The position numbers and the translations under genes were made by a program. From Torpedo marmorata (lineage: Eukaryota), in NCBI GenBank assembly GCA_977017645.1, contig OZ360239.1, forward strand, positions 29,574,001 through 29,638,000: 64,000 nt of DNA. Direction: 5' to 3'. Shown here one piece after another: positions 1 through 11,969 of the stretch (position 1 is its first letter; every line of letters begins with the position of its first letter). Below the pieces are notes generated by a model, which was given only the letters and a program-made list of their open reading frames with translations, was not told the DNA's origin and did no database searches.

Positions 1-2480
1 GTTGGCACCACCATACCAGGCAGTGATGCAACCAGCTAGAATGCTCTCCACGGTACACCTGTAGAAGTTCACAAGAGTCTTTGGCGACATACCGAATCTC
101 CGCAATCGCCTCACAAAGTATAGCCGCTGACGAGCCTTCTTTGTGATTGCATCCACGTGGATGCTCCAGGACAGATCCTCGGAGATGTTGACACCCAGGA
201 ATTTGAAGTTCTTGACCCTCTCCACGACTGAGCCCTCGATGAGGACTGGGTTGTGTTCCCCTGACTTCCTCCTGAAGTCCACAATCATCTCCTTGGTTTT
301 ACTGACGTTGAGCTCGAGGTTGTTGTCATTACACCATTCAATGAGCTGATCTATCTCCCTCCTGTACGCTTCCTCATTGCCGTTTGTGATTCTGCCGACA
401 ACTGTGGTGTCATCGGCAAACTTGTATATGGCATTGGAATTGTGCCTGGCCTCACAGTCATGAGTGTATAGCGAGTAGAGCAGTGGGCTAAGCACACATC
501 CTTGGGGTGCGCCTGTGTTGATAATCAGTGAGGAGGAGACGTTGTTTCCAATTCGTACTGACTGTGGTCTTCCGATGAGAAAGTCAAGGATCCAGTTGCA
601 GAGTGGGGTACAGAGGCCTAGAGTTTGTAGCTTCTTGACCAGCACTGAGGGAATAATGGTATTGAAGGCCGAGCTGTAGTCTATGAAGAGCAGCCGTATG
701 TATGAATTGCTGTTTTCGAGGTGATCCAGAGCTGAGTGGAGAGCCAGCGATATTGCATCTGCTGTGGAGCGATTGTGACGATAGGCGAATTGCAGTGGGT
801 CCAGATCTTTGCTTAGGTATGTGTTAATTCTGGCCATGACCAGCCTCTCAAAACATTTCATCACCGTAGAAGTTAGTGCTACTGGGCGATAGTCGTTGAG
901 GCAGCTCACACTACTCTTCTTGGGCACCGGGATGATTGATGCCCTTTTGAAGCAGGTGGGAACCTCTGACTGCCGCAATGAGAGGTTGAAAATGTCCGTG
1001 AACACTCCGGCTAGTTGGTTGGCGCAGATTTTCAATACCCTGCCAGGTACGCCGTCAGGGCCTGACGCCTTGCGAGGGTTCACCCTCTTGAATGATGTTC
1101 TGACGTCGCCCTCAGAGACAGATATCACAGGGTCCTCTGCCCTCTCAGGGATTCTATTAGGCACCGTTTTGTTCTTCTTCTCAAAGCGGGCATAGAAGGT
1201 GTTCAGCTCATCGGGTAGTGAAGCATCACAGCCGTCTATAGTGTTCCCCCTCGTTTTGTAGGCTGTAATGGCCTGCACTCCCTGCCATAGCTGCCGTGTA
1301 TCTGTCTCTGTCTCTAGCTTCCTTCGGAATTGCCACTTTCCTTCAGAGATGGCCTTCCGCAGGTCGTGCCTGGACTTTTTGTAAAGATCCCGGTCCCCGT
1401 CTTTAAACGCCCTTGTTCTCGTCCTCAGCAAGTTGCGAATTCTTTGATTCATCCAGGGCTTCTGGTTGGGGAACACCCGGTATTTGCGCGTGGGCACACA
1501 CTCATCCACGCAGGTCTTGATGAAGTCGGTGACACTTGTTGCATATTCATTTATGTCTATGGCTGAGTGCTTGAATATGTTCCAGTCCACCGAGTCAAAG
1601 CAGTCCTGCAGACGCTCCTCCGCCTCCCTTGACCACACTTTCGCTGTCCTCTCCACTGTTGCTGTGGACTTTAGTCTCTGCTTGTACGCCGGGAGTAGAA
1701 GTACAGCCAGGTGATCAGACTTGCCGAAGTGCGGTCGTGGTATGGCTCGGTAGGCGTTCTTCACGGTGGTGTAGCAGTGGTCAAGTGTGTTGGTTCCCCT
1801 GGTCTCGCAAGTGATGTGTTGGTGGTAGTTTGTCAGTGACTTCTTCAGGTTGGCCTGATTGAAGTCTCCCACAATGATCGGGAAGGCATCAGGATGTGCT
1901 GTCTCATGGCTGTTTATCACAGTGCTCAGTCCCTCCAGTGCCAGCCTGACGTTAGCCTGGGGCGGAATGTACACTGCGACCAGGATGATGGCGGTGAACT
2001 CCCTCGGCAGATAGAATGGGCGACACTTGATCGCCAGATGTTCTAGGTCGGGGGAGCAGGACTGGGACATGATCGTCACGTCTGTGCACCACGATGAATT
2101 GATGATGACACACACGCCGCCTCCCCTGGTTTTTCCAGACGCCGGTGTTCGGTCAGCGCGGTGGAGGGTGTAGCCCTTGGGCTGTAGCGCCGTGTCCGGA
2201 ATGTCCTTGTTTAGCCATGTTTCTGTGAAGCACATCACGCAGCACTCCCTGATGACTCCCTGATATTGAATTCTGGCTTGGAGTTCATCAAATTTGTTCT
2301 CCAAGGATTGAACGTTGGCCAGTAGGATGGTAGGGAGCGGAAGCTTCAGGTCCCCCCTTCTCAGTTTGACTTGTAGCCCCCCTCTGCGTCCCCGTGGTCG
2401 GGACTTCTTTACCTGGCCCTTGGATCCGCGTCTACGTGGTCGGGGCTTCTTTACCTGGCCCTTGGATCCGCTGCCAGTAG
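1..2480 (-). mobile_element. Rex1/Babar LINE, 5'-truncated, APE endonuclease + RT, running off the left window edge
   Basis: Minus-strand translation gives PLPTILLANVQSLENK (~2340), CFTETWL, GDFNQA, SDHLAVLL (~1715) and YKFADDTTVVG (~420). Codons checked at 2338, 1681, 418 and 61 share one frame, and the ORF track lists no stop-terminated minus ORF here. Confidence 0.93.
2393..2471. repeat. 42-bp tandem duplication at the 5' end of the Rex1 copy
   Basis: cgtggtcggg(a/g)cttctttacctggcccttggatccgc at 2393 and 2435; in frame (14 aa, basic RGSKGQVKK(S/P)RPR). Confidence 0.9.
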
Positions 2481-3530
2481 GAACGTAACAAATCTTCCAG
2501 CTTCAAAACAATCTTTAAAATTTTTAATTCCTTTTTGAAACCATACTTTCAATAACTGATTATTCATAGTAAACAATAAAAGTGGATTTTGATATAATGG
2601 CATATTTAAAGAAATTATTCTTTTCCCACCTATTCCTTTATCTACCTCTGTCCATACTTCCAATAAGTGTTTAATAATCGGTGAATTTTTCTTTTTTACT
2701 GATAATAATTTAGAATTCCACTTATAAATAATGTCCTCTTTATAATTTTCTCCCATATTATTTAATTCTATATTAATCCAAGCAGAAGTTTTAGCTAAAT
2801 CAAAAAATTCATTAACAAATTTTAATTGAGCTGCTTTATAATAATATTGAAAATTAGGGAGTTGCATTCCTCCCATCTCATAATTCCATGTTAACTTCTC
2901 CATACTCACTCTTGCTAACTTCCCTTTCCATAAAAATTTCCTAACTATAAATTTTAAATCTTTAAAAAATTTTTTTGGAATTCCAAAAGGAATTGATTGA
3001 AAAAGATATTGAATTCTTGGAAAAATATTCATCTTAATACAATTTACTCTCCCCATTAAAGTTATAGGTAAATCTTTCCAATTTTCCAAATCTTTCTTTA
3101 TTTTTGTAAATAAGGGTATATAATTTAATTTATATAAATTTTCTAATTTTGTATCCACTTTTACTCCCAAATATTTAATTCCTTCTTTTGCCCACTTAAA
3201 TTCCGTAACTTCTTTACATCTAGTATAATCACCTTGAGATAAAGCCATTATTTCACTTTTATCCGCATTAATTTTATATCCAGATATTTCACCATATTCT
3301 GTTAATATAATAGCTAAATGTTGAAGTGATAAAACTGATTTTGTCATATATATTAATACATCATCTGCAAACAAACTAATCTTATGCTCTTCCATACCGA
3401 CTTTAATCCCTACTATATTAGGATCTGTCCTAATCAATTCAGCTAAAGGTTCTATTGCCAAAACAAATAAAGCTGGTGATAAGGGACAACCCTGTCTTGT
3501 AGAACGCGTTAAAGAAAATTTTGTTTCTAC
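2481..3530 (-). mobile_element. L1 (family A) ORF2 fragment, interrupted by the Rex1 element
   Basis: ORF 2451..3557 contains TRQGCPLSP, LFADDVLIY and GIKYLGV; the L1 sequence breaks at FEAGRFVTF where the Rex1 5' end begins. Confidence 0.9.
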
Positions 3531-4100
3531 CATTATTATGCCCATTCGTACAGTCACTGAAATGACAATTGCATCTATTAATAAAATTAAATTTTATGTT
3601 CTGATCTAAAATGTTCCAAAAGTTTATATTTTCCCTTTTTTTTTTGCCCATCAAGATGTTCGGAATGGGAAATCATGCTCATTTTCATTCTCAATATATG
3701 AGATTTTGTATCAAATCTTTTAATTTCAGAAATATTAAAATTTCAGTCCCTACAGAATTTTGCCCTCGTAAATTCATTTTTCATAGCACTGAAATGTCAC
3801 CGTACACAGCATAATTTCTGTACTCCAATGTGCATCTTTCCATTCTCCTATCATCCTTGGGCTATTTTGTGTCTACAAATAAATTGTTACATTGTGAGCA
3901 ATTTTGTTCTGGGAATTTAAATCCTTTTGGAAATGGATACGCCTGATTCAGTTCAGATAGTATTTGTACAAAAGGCACAGGGACAAGAAATTACTTATCA
4001 TCACATGTTTGAATGCAGTTAAGATGCAAACATACGATGAAAATCTTTCCACATGTGTGATTTATCAATGCACCAATGACAATACAAACCAGAGGTAAAT

Positions 4101-4359
4101 TTAAATTAAATTTAAAATTTAAATTTAGACATACATACAGCACGGTAACAGGCCCTTTTGGCCCACGAGCCAGTGCCACCCAATTGACCTATAACCTTGG
4201 TATGTTTTTGAAGGGTGGGAGGAAAACGGAACACCCAGGGAAAACCCACACAGACACGGGGAGATCGTACAAACTCCTTACAGACAGCACCGGATTCGAA
4301 CCTCGGTCGCTGGCGCTGTAACAACGTTGCGCTAACCGCTACGCTAACCGTGCCGCCCC
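4101..4359 (-). mobile_element. tRNA-derived V-SINE (HE1-like), full length
   Basis: Minus strand: gggcggcacgg head, A box TAGCGTAGCGG, B box GGTTCGAATCC, V-domain-like gagtttgtacgatctccccgtgtctgtgtgggtttt, (AAATTT)n tail; flanked by gtaaat at 4095 and 4360. Confidence 0.88.
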
Positions 4360-5300
4360 GTAAATCTTTCCCTTTCAATTAGAATATTAAACTGGGAGGG
4401 CCAATTGATAGACGGCTATAAAAATATTGAAGAGTTCCATAGCTCCAAAAATTAAGAAAGCAAGTAAGGACTGAGTAAAATATCAAACAGCAAAATATCT
4501 TTTGTGAAACTACAGTGTCTGAACCAGTGACTGAAAGTTAGTTTTTAAAGGCACACTGGTCAAGGAGTCCAAATTGGTTCCCTGAGACAGAGCTGGTATT
4601 GACTTTGTTACCCGCAAGTAGTAAATTCTCACCTTTGTAACATTTACTTGAGAGATTATTTAATTTCATAGTTATAAAAAACCTTTACCTTTATAAATGA
4701 ATATGATCTGGATCTGAGGCAGCAGAATCTCCACTTGCTTAAAATGTTTTGAAGTACTTTTCAATGAAGTACTTTTGAAGTTTAGTCATTGGAAATATCA
4801 AGGAGAATCTTCACACAAGATGTCACAAACATGCCATGGTGACTTTATAATTTATTTTTTAGTAGATTGGTTAATGGATACAAATCAGCTAAAATACCAT
4901 GAAGAACACTTCTGCTCTTCTAAAAGATGTTTTACATCCCCCTGAATTAGAAAATAGATTAAACTTTCATATGAAAGAGACCTCAAAAGAATGCAGGCTC
5001 CCTAAGTTGCAGCATCAGCCTGGATGCTGTGCTAATGACTCGATACCTTGAGTGCAAAACCTAAACAGCACAGTTTGGACAATACCATTCCCTACTTTTT
5101 CAAGAATGACCTGAACTTTACTGACCTCTGTGAACTACACGTTATTTTTTGAATTGTTTTCTGCAACATCAATTCAGAATTTCAACAATGGCATGGGTGC
5201 AAGGATAAGAAGATTCATTGAATTTCAAATATCTGTGCCAAACAGGGTTCAGTCCACATTTTTATTATCTCGTTCTAAATTATTAATGGAATTTCTACAG

Positions 5301-5525
5301 ACACATCTTGCTGTCAAGTATTCCCTCTGGAATCATCACTCTCGTTTCACCTATGTCTATAACTACCTGGTCCGGATGCCAAAGGTCTATCTCGCTGACC
5401 CAAAGCTTCCCAAATTCCAGAGTGTGGGTGGCAGCAAGTTTCTGGCACTTAGTGAGGAAATCCCACTCAAGCAGTACACCTCTGAAAGCTTCAATCGTCG
5501 GCAAAACCATCCCCATCTTATGTAG
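5301..5525 (+). CDS. Putative terminal coding exon of an unidentified host gene (74 aa, THLAVKYSLWNHHSRF...NHPHLM*)
   Basis: Acceptor tttctacag| at 5300 with an upstream ctaaat branch-like motif; abrupt GC rise; open phase-0 frame with coding-like codon use to TAG at 5523-5525; no TE motif recognised. Confidence 0.5.
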   Translation, partial: THLAVKYSLWNHHSRFTYVYNYLVRMPKVYLADPKLPKFQSVGGSKFLALSEEIPLKQYTSESFNRRQNHPHLM

Positions 5526-5789
5526 CTATAAAGTCTGTGAGTGTAATCAACTTGTGTTTAAGTGGTTTATCAAACTCAGCAAAATCTAAAAACTTGAAAT
5601 TGATGCAAATGATCGAAAACCTGAATTTTAAAAAAACAATCACCTGAAGACATTAATGAATGCTTATACATGCTAAACTATGAAAAGAAACAAATCAATT
5701 TGCCTCCCATTTTACAGCACTGCAGCCCTCACTGAAATTAATGGGTCTCTGATCTTTTGCTAGGTCAGTCATAGATGGTGGACAATCCC

Positions 5790-6043
5790 TTAAATTTAAA
5801 AAAAAATTTAGACATACAGCACTGTAACAGGCCATTTTGGCCCTTGAGTCCGTGCTGCCCAATTTACACCCCATTAACCTACACCCCCGGTACGTTTTTG
5901 AACGGTGGGAGGAAACTGGAGCCCCCAGAGATAAACCCACACAGACACGGGGAGAACGTACAAACTCCTTACAGATTCGAATCCCGGTCCGGTCCCGATC
6001 GCTGGTGCTGTAAAGGCGTTGCGCTAACCGCTACGCCAACCGT
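5790..6043 (-). mobile_element. V-SINE (HE1-like) copy
   Basis: Same tail (atttagacatacagcac...aacaggcc), V-domain and tRNA-like head as 4101-4359, with a small internal deletion. Confidence 0.85.
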
Positions 6044-7444
6044 AAGAATGAGCTCTGCCACTAAACTCCAAGTGGTATCCAGCAGCACAGCAAAGCCATG
6101 GACAAGAAATTCTCAATGTCTGCAACCACAGATTTTGTCGGTTTGTCGGCACATGCATGAAATCCCAGACATATTGCCATTTAAACAGCTCAATGTCAGC
6201 AGTTTCAAACCAGTGCCATTCAAACCACAGTTTGTTCTTCAAACTTGCATTAAAGGAAGTTTTCAAGTTTTGACTGAGACATCATGTAAAATAAGAACAC
6301 ACAAGATGATGCTACAGACATAGTGTGGAGCCTAAACTAGACTAAAACAACACTCTTTATATTCCTTGAAGGCTTTTTTCAGATCCTGTAATCCCAAGGG
6401 TTCTCAAAAGTGAATGGTATTTTCTAAAGCAAAACACAGGTCTGATATACATCAAGTCTATCTGACAGCCACTATTAGTAAATTCTCAATAATCAGACCA
6501 GCTGCAGAGATTTCAACAACTGCAATCCTTAGGTAAACATCAGAGTGGAGCTAATACTCCTTCAGCAAGCATATCTGCATAATCCTTGGATAACTCCTAA
6601 TGCTCTGCTAAACAAGGAATTTAATATAAATTTGCCATGGCTGGATTTAAAGCATGCATATTGAATGAGTTGATGTCCTAAGATTTAAATGTCTGAACTT
6701 TTCAAAAAATTTTAAAGACAGAAAAAAAAATCCATTTTGCCCAAAGGCAACAATTACACCTGAATTGTTATATTATGCTTCACTGGTTATCAAGCAGATA
6801 CCCCAAAATCTACAGCAATTGTGCATCTTGGCTACAAAACGAGGGTATTATGAAGCAAGTAACATTTTGATTTAAGTGCCTTCAAAAACTAATATTTGGT
6901 GAGCAGTTGCATGATTTCCTTTGTTTCAGTATGAGATTACATTATTCCTGGTGTCCTTTCCCCTCTCTCATGAAAGGATGATAACTTTTCACATTTTGGT
7001 CCAAAAATTATGTTTTACAATACTGCTCAGCAAAGTGACAGAGGTTGTTTGGGATGGAAGGAGGTTGGATGGGATGGGATATGATGGGGAATGGGCAGCT
7101 GGCGTGGGTGTTGGCTGGGTTGAAAGAGTCCCAAAAGTCAAGTGTGGACTACATATTATCTAATATTTGTCAATAAGCAAACACAATGTTTGGCCAGCAT
7201 GAACAGAGAACAGGAGACACACGAAAGACTGCAGAGAATGGAACCTGGAACAACACAACCTACTGGAGAAACTCAGCGGGTCGAACAGCGTCAGTGGAGA
7301 AAAAAAGCATTGTCAATGTTTTGGGACTGAGAGTGAATATAGGAGAGGGGTGGCATAATGAGGAAAGGATGGGAAAGACAGGACTGGGACTAATGAGGGA
7401 CTGGTGTACCAGGAAGAAGTGAAGGATGACAGACAGAGGTCGTT

Positions 7445-7767
7445 AGCGAAACACGAAAGTCTGCGGATGCTGTGATTGTAGTAAAAACACACCGAAATGC
7501 TGGAGGAACTCAGTCGGTCTTTTCAGCATCCATAGGAGACAAAGATATATTGCCAAAGTTTCAGGCCTGAGCCCTTCTTCAAGGATCAGGGAGTGCAGAT
7601 GGGGAGCAGTGAGAGAGACTCTCACAGAACTCCATTCGAAGAGAGGAGGAGAACTTCTTCAGGGTAGGCATCCTTTGAAGAAGGGCTCGGGCCTGAAACG
7701 TCAGCAATATATCTTTGCCTCCTATGGACGCTGAAAAGACCGGCATTTCGATGTGTTTTTATTTTTA
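7445..7767. mobile_element. Fold-back non-autonomous element made of two inverted Penelope pseudo-LTRs
   Basis: 7485-7583 is largely the reverse complement of 7673-7762; flanked by agacagaggtcgtt (7431-7444) and agacagagatagtt (7768-7781). Confidence 0.75.
7675..7702 (+). ncRNA. Minimal hammerhead-ribozyme-like motif (C3U core variant) of a PLE pLTR; antisense copy at ~7558-7583
   Basis: TTGAAGA-A-GGGC[TCGG]GCCT-GAAA-CGTC matches the CUGANGA-stem II-GAAA-NUH layout of PLE hammerheads except at C3. Confidence 0.5.
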
Positions 7768-9169
7768 AGACAGAGATAGTTGACTGGCAGATACCAGATA
7801 TAGGGAAAAAGAAGAAAAGCAAAGGGGAGGTAGAGCAAAACGAGTCATATGGGGTGGAGTGGGTGATAGGTAGGTAGGAGGGCTGCCAGCACTAAAATCT
7901 GTTGAGGAGAAGGTGACAATAGTGGTGTTTTGATAGATCAGATGGAATCGGAGGGGAAGGGAAGAGACTTGGAATCCAATGGGTGAAAAGGGGGTAGAAG
8001 AGGAAGGAACCAAAGAGGGAGGGTAAGAATGAGTGGGGGGTTGGGTGGGAAAGGGCCAAGAATGGAAATAATCCAGAAGAAGAGAGCAGGGATACATGAC
8101 TTGAAATCGGAAAATTCAACGCTCATACCATTGGACTGCAGACTGCCCAGGCGTAATATGAGGTGTTGTCTTCTGGCAGTGAAGGCCAAGGATGAACAGG
8201 TTGGTGTGGAATTGGGAAGGGGAGTTGAAATGGCAAGCAACCAGGAGCTCAGGATGACCATTACGGACAGAGCGCAGATGCTACGTGAAAGAACAGAGAA
8301 TAACTAATAAAATCATGAATAGAGTACATGTGGAACAGAATCCTACAGAACATAACTGATTAAGATAGCATGGCTTAAAAGGAAGACAGAACAATATTTG
8401 TTAAAATGGAACAATATTTGTTGAGATGAAGATTAGGTTTAAGATACAATACTGGTCGATTTCTTAGAGGAACAAGGAAAGAAACCTTGAATTCCTTTAA
8501 ATAGATCAACAATCACCAGGTAACAGTCAGAATGGCAGTGAAATGGGGAGAAGGAAATAAAGAAGGGTTCAACCAAGAAATAATTTATATATCGTCTTCT
8601 TGTAACTAATTTGATTAACATTTTTTCCTCTTCTAAAATAATGTTATGCTCTCATCCTCAAATTTGAATGTTTTCCAGCAGGAACCAATGGTTATAGATT
8701 CAAACCCTTGAATAGTTTTCTTCTTTCCTTGCCACTGGTTTTGATCAATTATGTAGCTACAACTGATGCAGGAAAGATCAACTAATTCAGCATTGAACAC
8801 AGATCAAATTTGAAGACTGTAATGCATTTAATTACTCAGACATAAACACTATTTGCAACAAGAAATATCCCTTGTATAGAATCTAGAATAGTCACACATC
8901 CTTAAAAATCCAAGCCCTCCTGCTGGATTTATTAAAATATTTTTGAAATTCTATGCCCATATATGCATTTTCCCAATTTCATGTGATATGGTTGTTCATG
9001 TGTTCCCAAATATGAACCATTAAATACTTTAAATTTATAAACTTACGAGCATGAAGCAGCTTCACTACATTACTTTACATTACTCATGTTTTTAATGCAT
9101 TATATTTGATGTACATGTTTTACTCTGTTGCACCAATGAAATATTCAATTTGTTCTCGTACTCAAACGG

Positions 9170-9390
9170 ATAACTCCAGCTGTTGCTATTTTCAAGTGCA
9201 ACAAGCTGAGTCTAATTGAGGGTGACGTATGACAGAATACTCTGAACAGTTTAAACCAGTCATGACTGAAGCTGCTGACAGAGCCTAAATGGTGCATGGC
9301 AGTAGGTCTTGCCCTGGCCTTGCATGCCAGCATTTGTGCAGATCGCCTGTCAGGAGACATCACGAGGTGCAAATAAGCCAGAATTAGTTT
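9170..9390. promoter_or_regulatory. Candidate conserved enhancer block
   Basis: Unique, higher-GC island with three MEIS/TGIF sites (TGACAG 9230 and 9276, CTGTCA 9347), TGACGT at 9223 and TAATTG. Confidence 0.35.
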
Positions 9391-10223
9391 TTAATTTTTT
9401 TCCCCAGATAGTGTCATCAGCCATTCATTTCAATATTTACACACTAAATGAAGCTCATTAACTTTATTACAGGATGCTTAACAGGATTTCTGTAACACAT
9501 GTAGGATTTTCACTTTTCTTCAAAGAAACCAATGCCTAAATTATAATGTTGATTTATTCTTAAAAATACCACGTTCTTCAAGATGAAAACAAAATGTGTT
9601 TAGTTTGTGGTATCAAGCTCACATTACAAAAATGAAATGCATTTGAATAAAGTGTGTTAATTAAAAATCAGAGCACAATAGCAAGTAGAAGGTACAATGA
9701 CAATTATTACACAAAATGAAGATGTCAGATCAGGTACCAACTAAATATTACTAAAGATTAATCCATTTTCATAAATTAAATTCATATATCACAAATGGTT
9801 GCATTACATGTTGCTCTGGTGTATGGATAAATTAGCCAGAGTAAGCTCTGATTTTCCACACCATCTAATTGCAAATACTCTCAAGATAAAACACACAACT
9901 CACATTGTTAGAACATTATCTTTCATAAGCCTTCATAAAGTTGTATGTTGTCAGGTTTATTGCAAATCTAGCATGAGCTCCTATGAATACAGCGAAGGTT
10001 AATCTATTAAGCACTTGACTTGAACTACTCTGACTTAAATTAACCCATAAAACCTCATCCTTAATCTTTAATTAAAAACTCATTTGCAATATTAGAATTT
10101 ATTTCTGAGTATAAAAACATTAATTGCACCAAATTTACTAAGGAAAAAAAAACTGAGATTACAGAACACCCAAAATCAACCTCAATAATCAAATATAGCA
10201 CGGAAAGGATCATCAAGTAAATT

Positions 10224-11969
10224 AGATTCCACCTGAATTTTATAAAGAATTTAAAGATCTTTTGATACCTCTATTTATGGAGGTGTTGGATCAGGCGGTT
10301 GGGACACATACCCTCCCGGAATCATTCTCAACAGCAATAATTACAGTGATACCCAAAAAAGATAGGGGTCCATTAAAACTGTCTTCTTACAGACCTATCT
10401 CATTATTAAATTCAGATTATAAGATCATTGCAAAAGCCTTGGCAAACAGGCTGGTAGTTTTCTTGCCAAAATTGATAAATATGGACCAAACAGGCTTTGT
10501 ACAAAAGAGACAAATAGTGGACAATGTAAGCAGATTGCTTAGTATAATACATCTGGCACAATCGAGAGGTGTTCAAGGTGTCGCTAGACAAGGATGTCCA
10601 CTGTCTCCAGCTCTTTTTATATTGGTTATAGAACCGTTAGCGGAAGCTATTCGGCGAGATCCAGACATTAAAGGATTCAGGATTAACCAGGAAGAGCACA
10701 AAATTAACTTATTTGCGGAAGATGTACTGATTTATCTGACAGAGCCAGCAGTTTCTTTAGAAAAATTGCACTTAAAATTGGAAGATTATGGGAAAATTTC
10801 AGGTTATAAAATAAATTGGGACAAAAGCGAGATTATGCCACTTACGGGAGGGGATTACACTCAATACCAAAGGAATACTAATTTTAAGTGGCTGGCAAAT
10901 GGGATAAAATATTTAGGTATCAAAACAAATAATAACTTACAAGATTTGTATAAGTTAAATTACCTCCCCTTGCTGAGAAAAGCTGAAGAGGATCTTAATA
11001 GATGGATGGCACTACCAATAATACTTATTGGTAGGTTCAACTGTATAAAAATGAATAAATTTATCTCTCAAATGTATAAATTGTTTCAGAGAAAAGTTCC
11101 TAAAGTAGGAATTCATAATTCAAGATTAAAGTGGGAATTAGATTTGAATGTAATAATAGATGAAAATCATTGGAAAAAATTATGTAAATTAGGTATGACG
11201 AAGATTATTAATGTCAGCTATAGATTAGTACAATATAATTTTTTTCATCAATTATATTTAACACCTAAAAAATTAAAGAAATTTAATCCGATATTATCAG
11301 GTTTATGTTTTAGATGTAATAGAGAGGAAGGTTCTTTTGTACATTCTACATGGTTTTGTCCAAAAGTTTATGATTTTTGGTTGAAAGTTAAAAAATTTTT
11401 AGATAAAGTATTTAAGATTACATTCCCAATGGACCCTATGATATTTTTATTTGGAGATATTAAAAGAGTTAGTATTAAGATGAAATTAAATATGTATCAA
11501 ATAGAATTTTTGTGAATCGCTTTAGCTGTTTCTAAGAAGTGTATTGCTATTACTTGGAAATCTGATGTAGATTTAGGTTAGAAAGATGGCATGCAGAACT
11601 TCGTTCTTGTATACCACTTGAAAAAATTACTTATAATTTACGTAATAAATATCATTTCTTTTTGAAAATATGGAGCCCTTAAATGAAGGTTGTTGGTTTA
11701 AGGATTTGAAGATCTCTGGACATTGGATCTGACTGGCGAACCTATCCTCCATAATAAAATTAGTTATTGATGTATTTTTTTAGATTGACATTCTCCTAAT
11801 ACTATCTTTTTCTTTCTTTCTTTCTTTTTATTTTTATTAGATTAGAAGGGGTCGGAGGGGAGGGAGGCAGGGGGGGGGTGAAAATGTATCACATGTAATT
11901 TGACAATTTTATATTTTATCTTATGTATTTTGTTATTTTAAAATTTTAAATAAAATATTTTAAAAAAAA
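10224..11969 (+). mobile_element. Chimeric, internally deleted L1 with 3' UTR and poly(A)
   Basis: YRPISLLNSDYK and QGCPLSP; jumps at ~10580 and ~11055 (NCIKMN directly to KFISQMY); zinc knuckle CFRC...HSTWFCP; aataaa plus A-tail at ~11950-11969. Confidence 0.85.

Larger units (their letters stand above)
7205..8290 (-). mobile_element. Degraded Penelope-like element (GIY-YIG C-terminus + pseudo-LTR)
   Basis: Minus ORF 7938..8261 contains RQHLILRLGSLQSNGMSVEFSDF, typical of the PLE endonuclease end; pyrimidine-rich 3' region; ctggagaaactcagcgggtc pLTR motif at ~7263. Confidence 0.7.

Noticed and set aside
143-1814. Several plus-strand ORFs
   Set aside because: Antisense shadows of the Rex1 reading frame.
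4280-4359. tRNA gene
   Set aside because: The A/B boxes belong to a SINE head, followed by a V-domain and LINE-like tail; no complete cloverleaf.
5295-5516. Minus-strand ORF resembling a retroviral protease C-terminus (LLEWDFL)
   Set aside because: No DTG motif or other LTR-element context; better explained as the in-phase antisense of the plus-strand exon.
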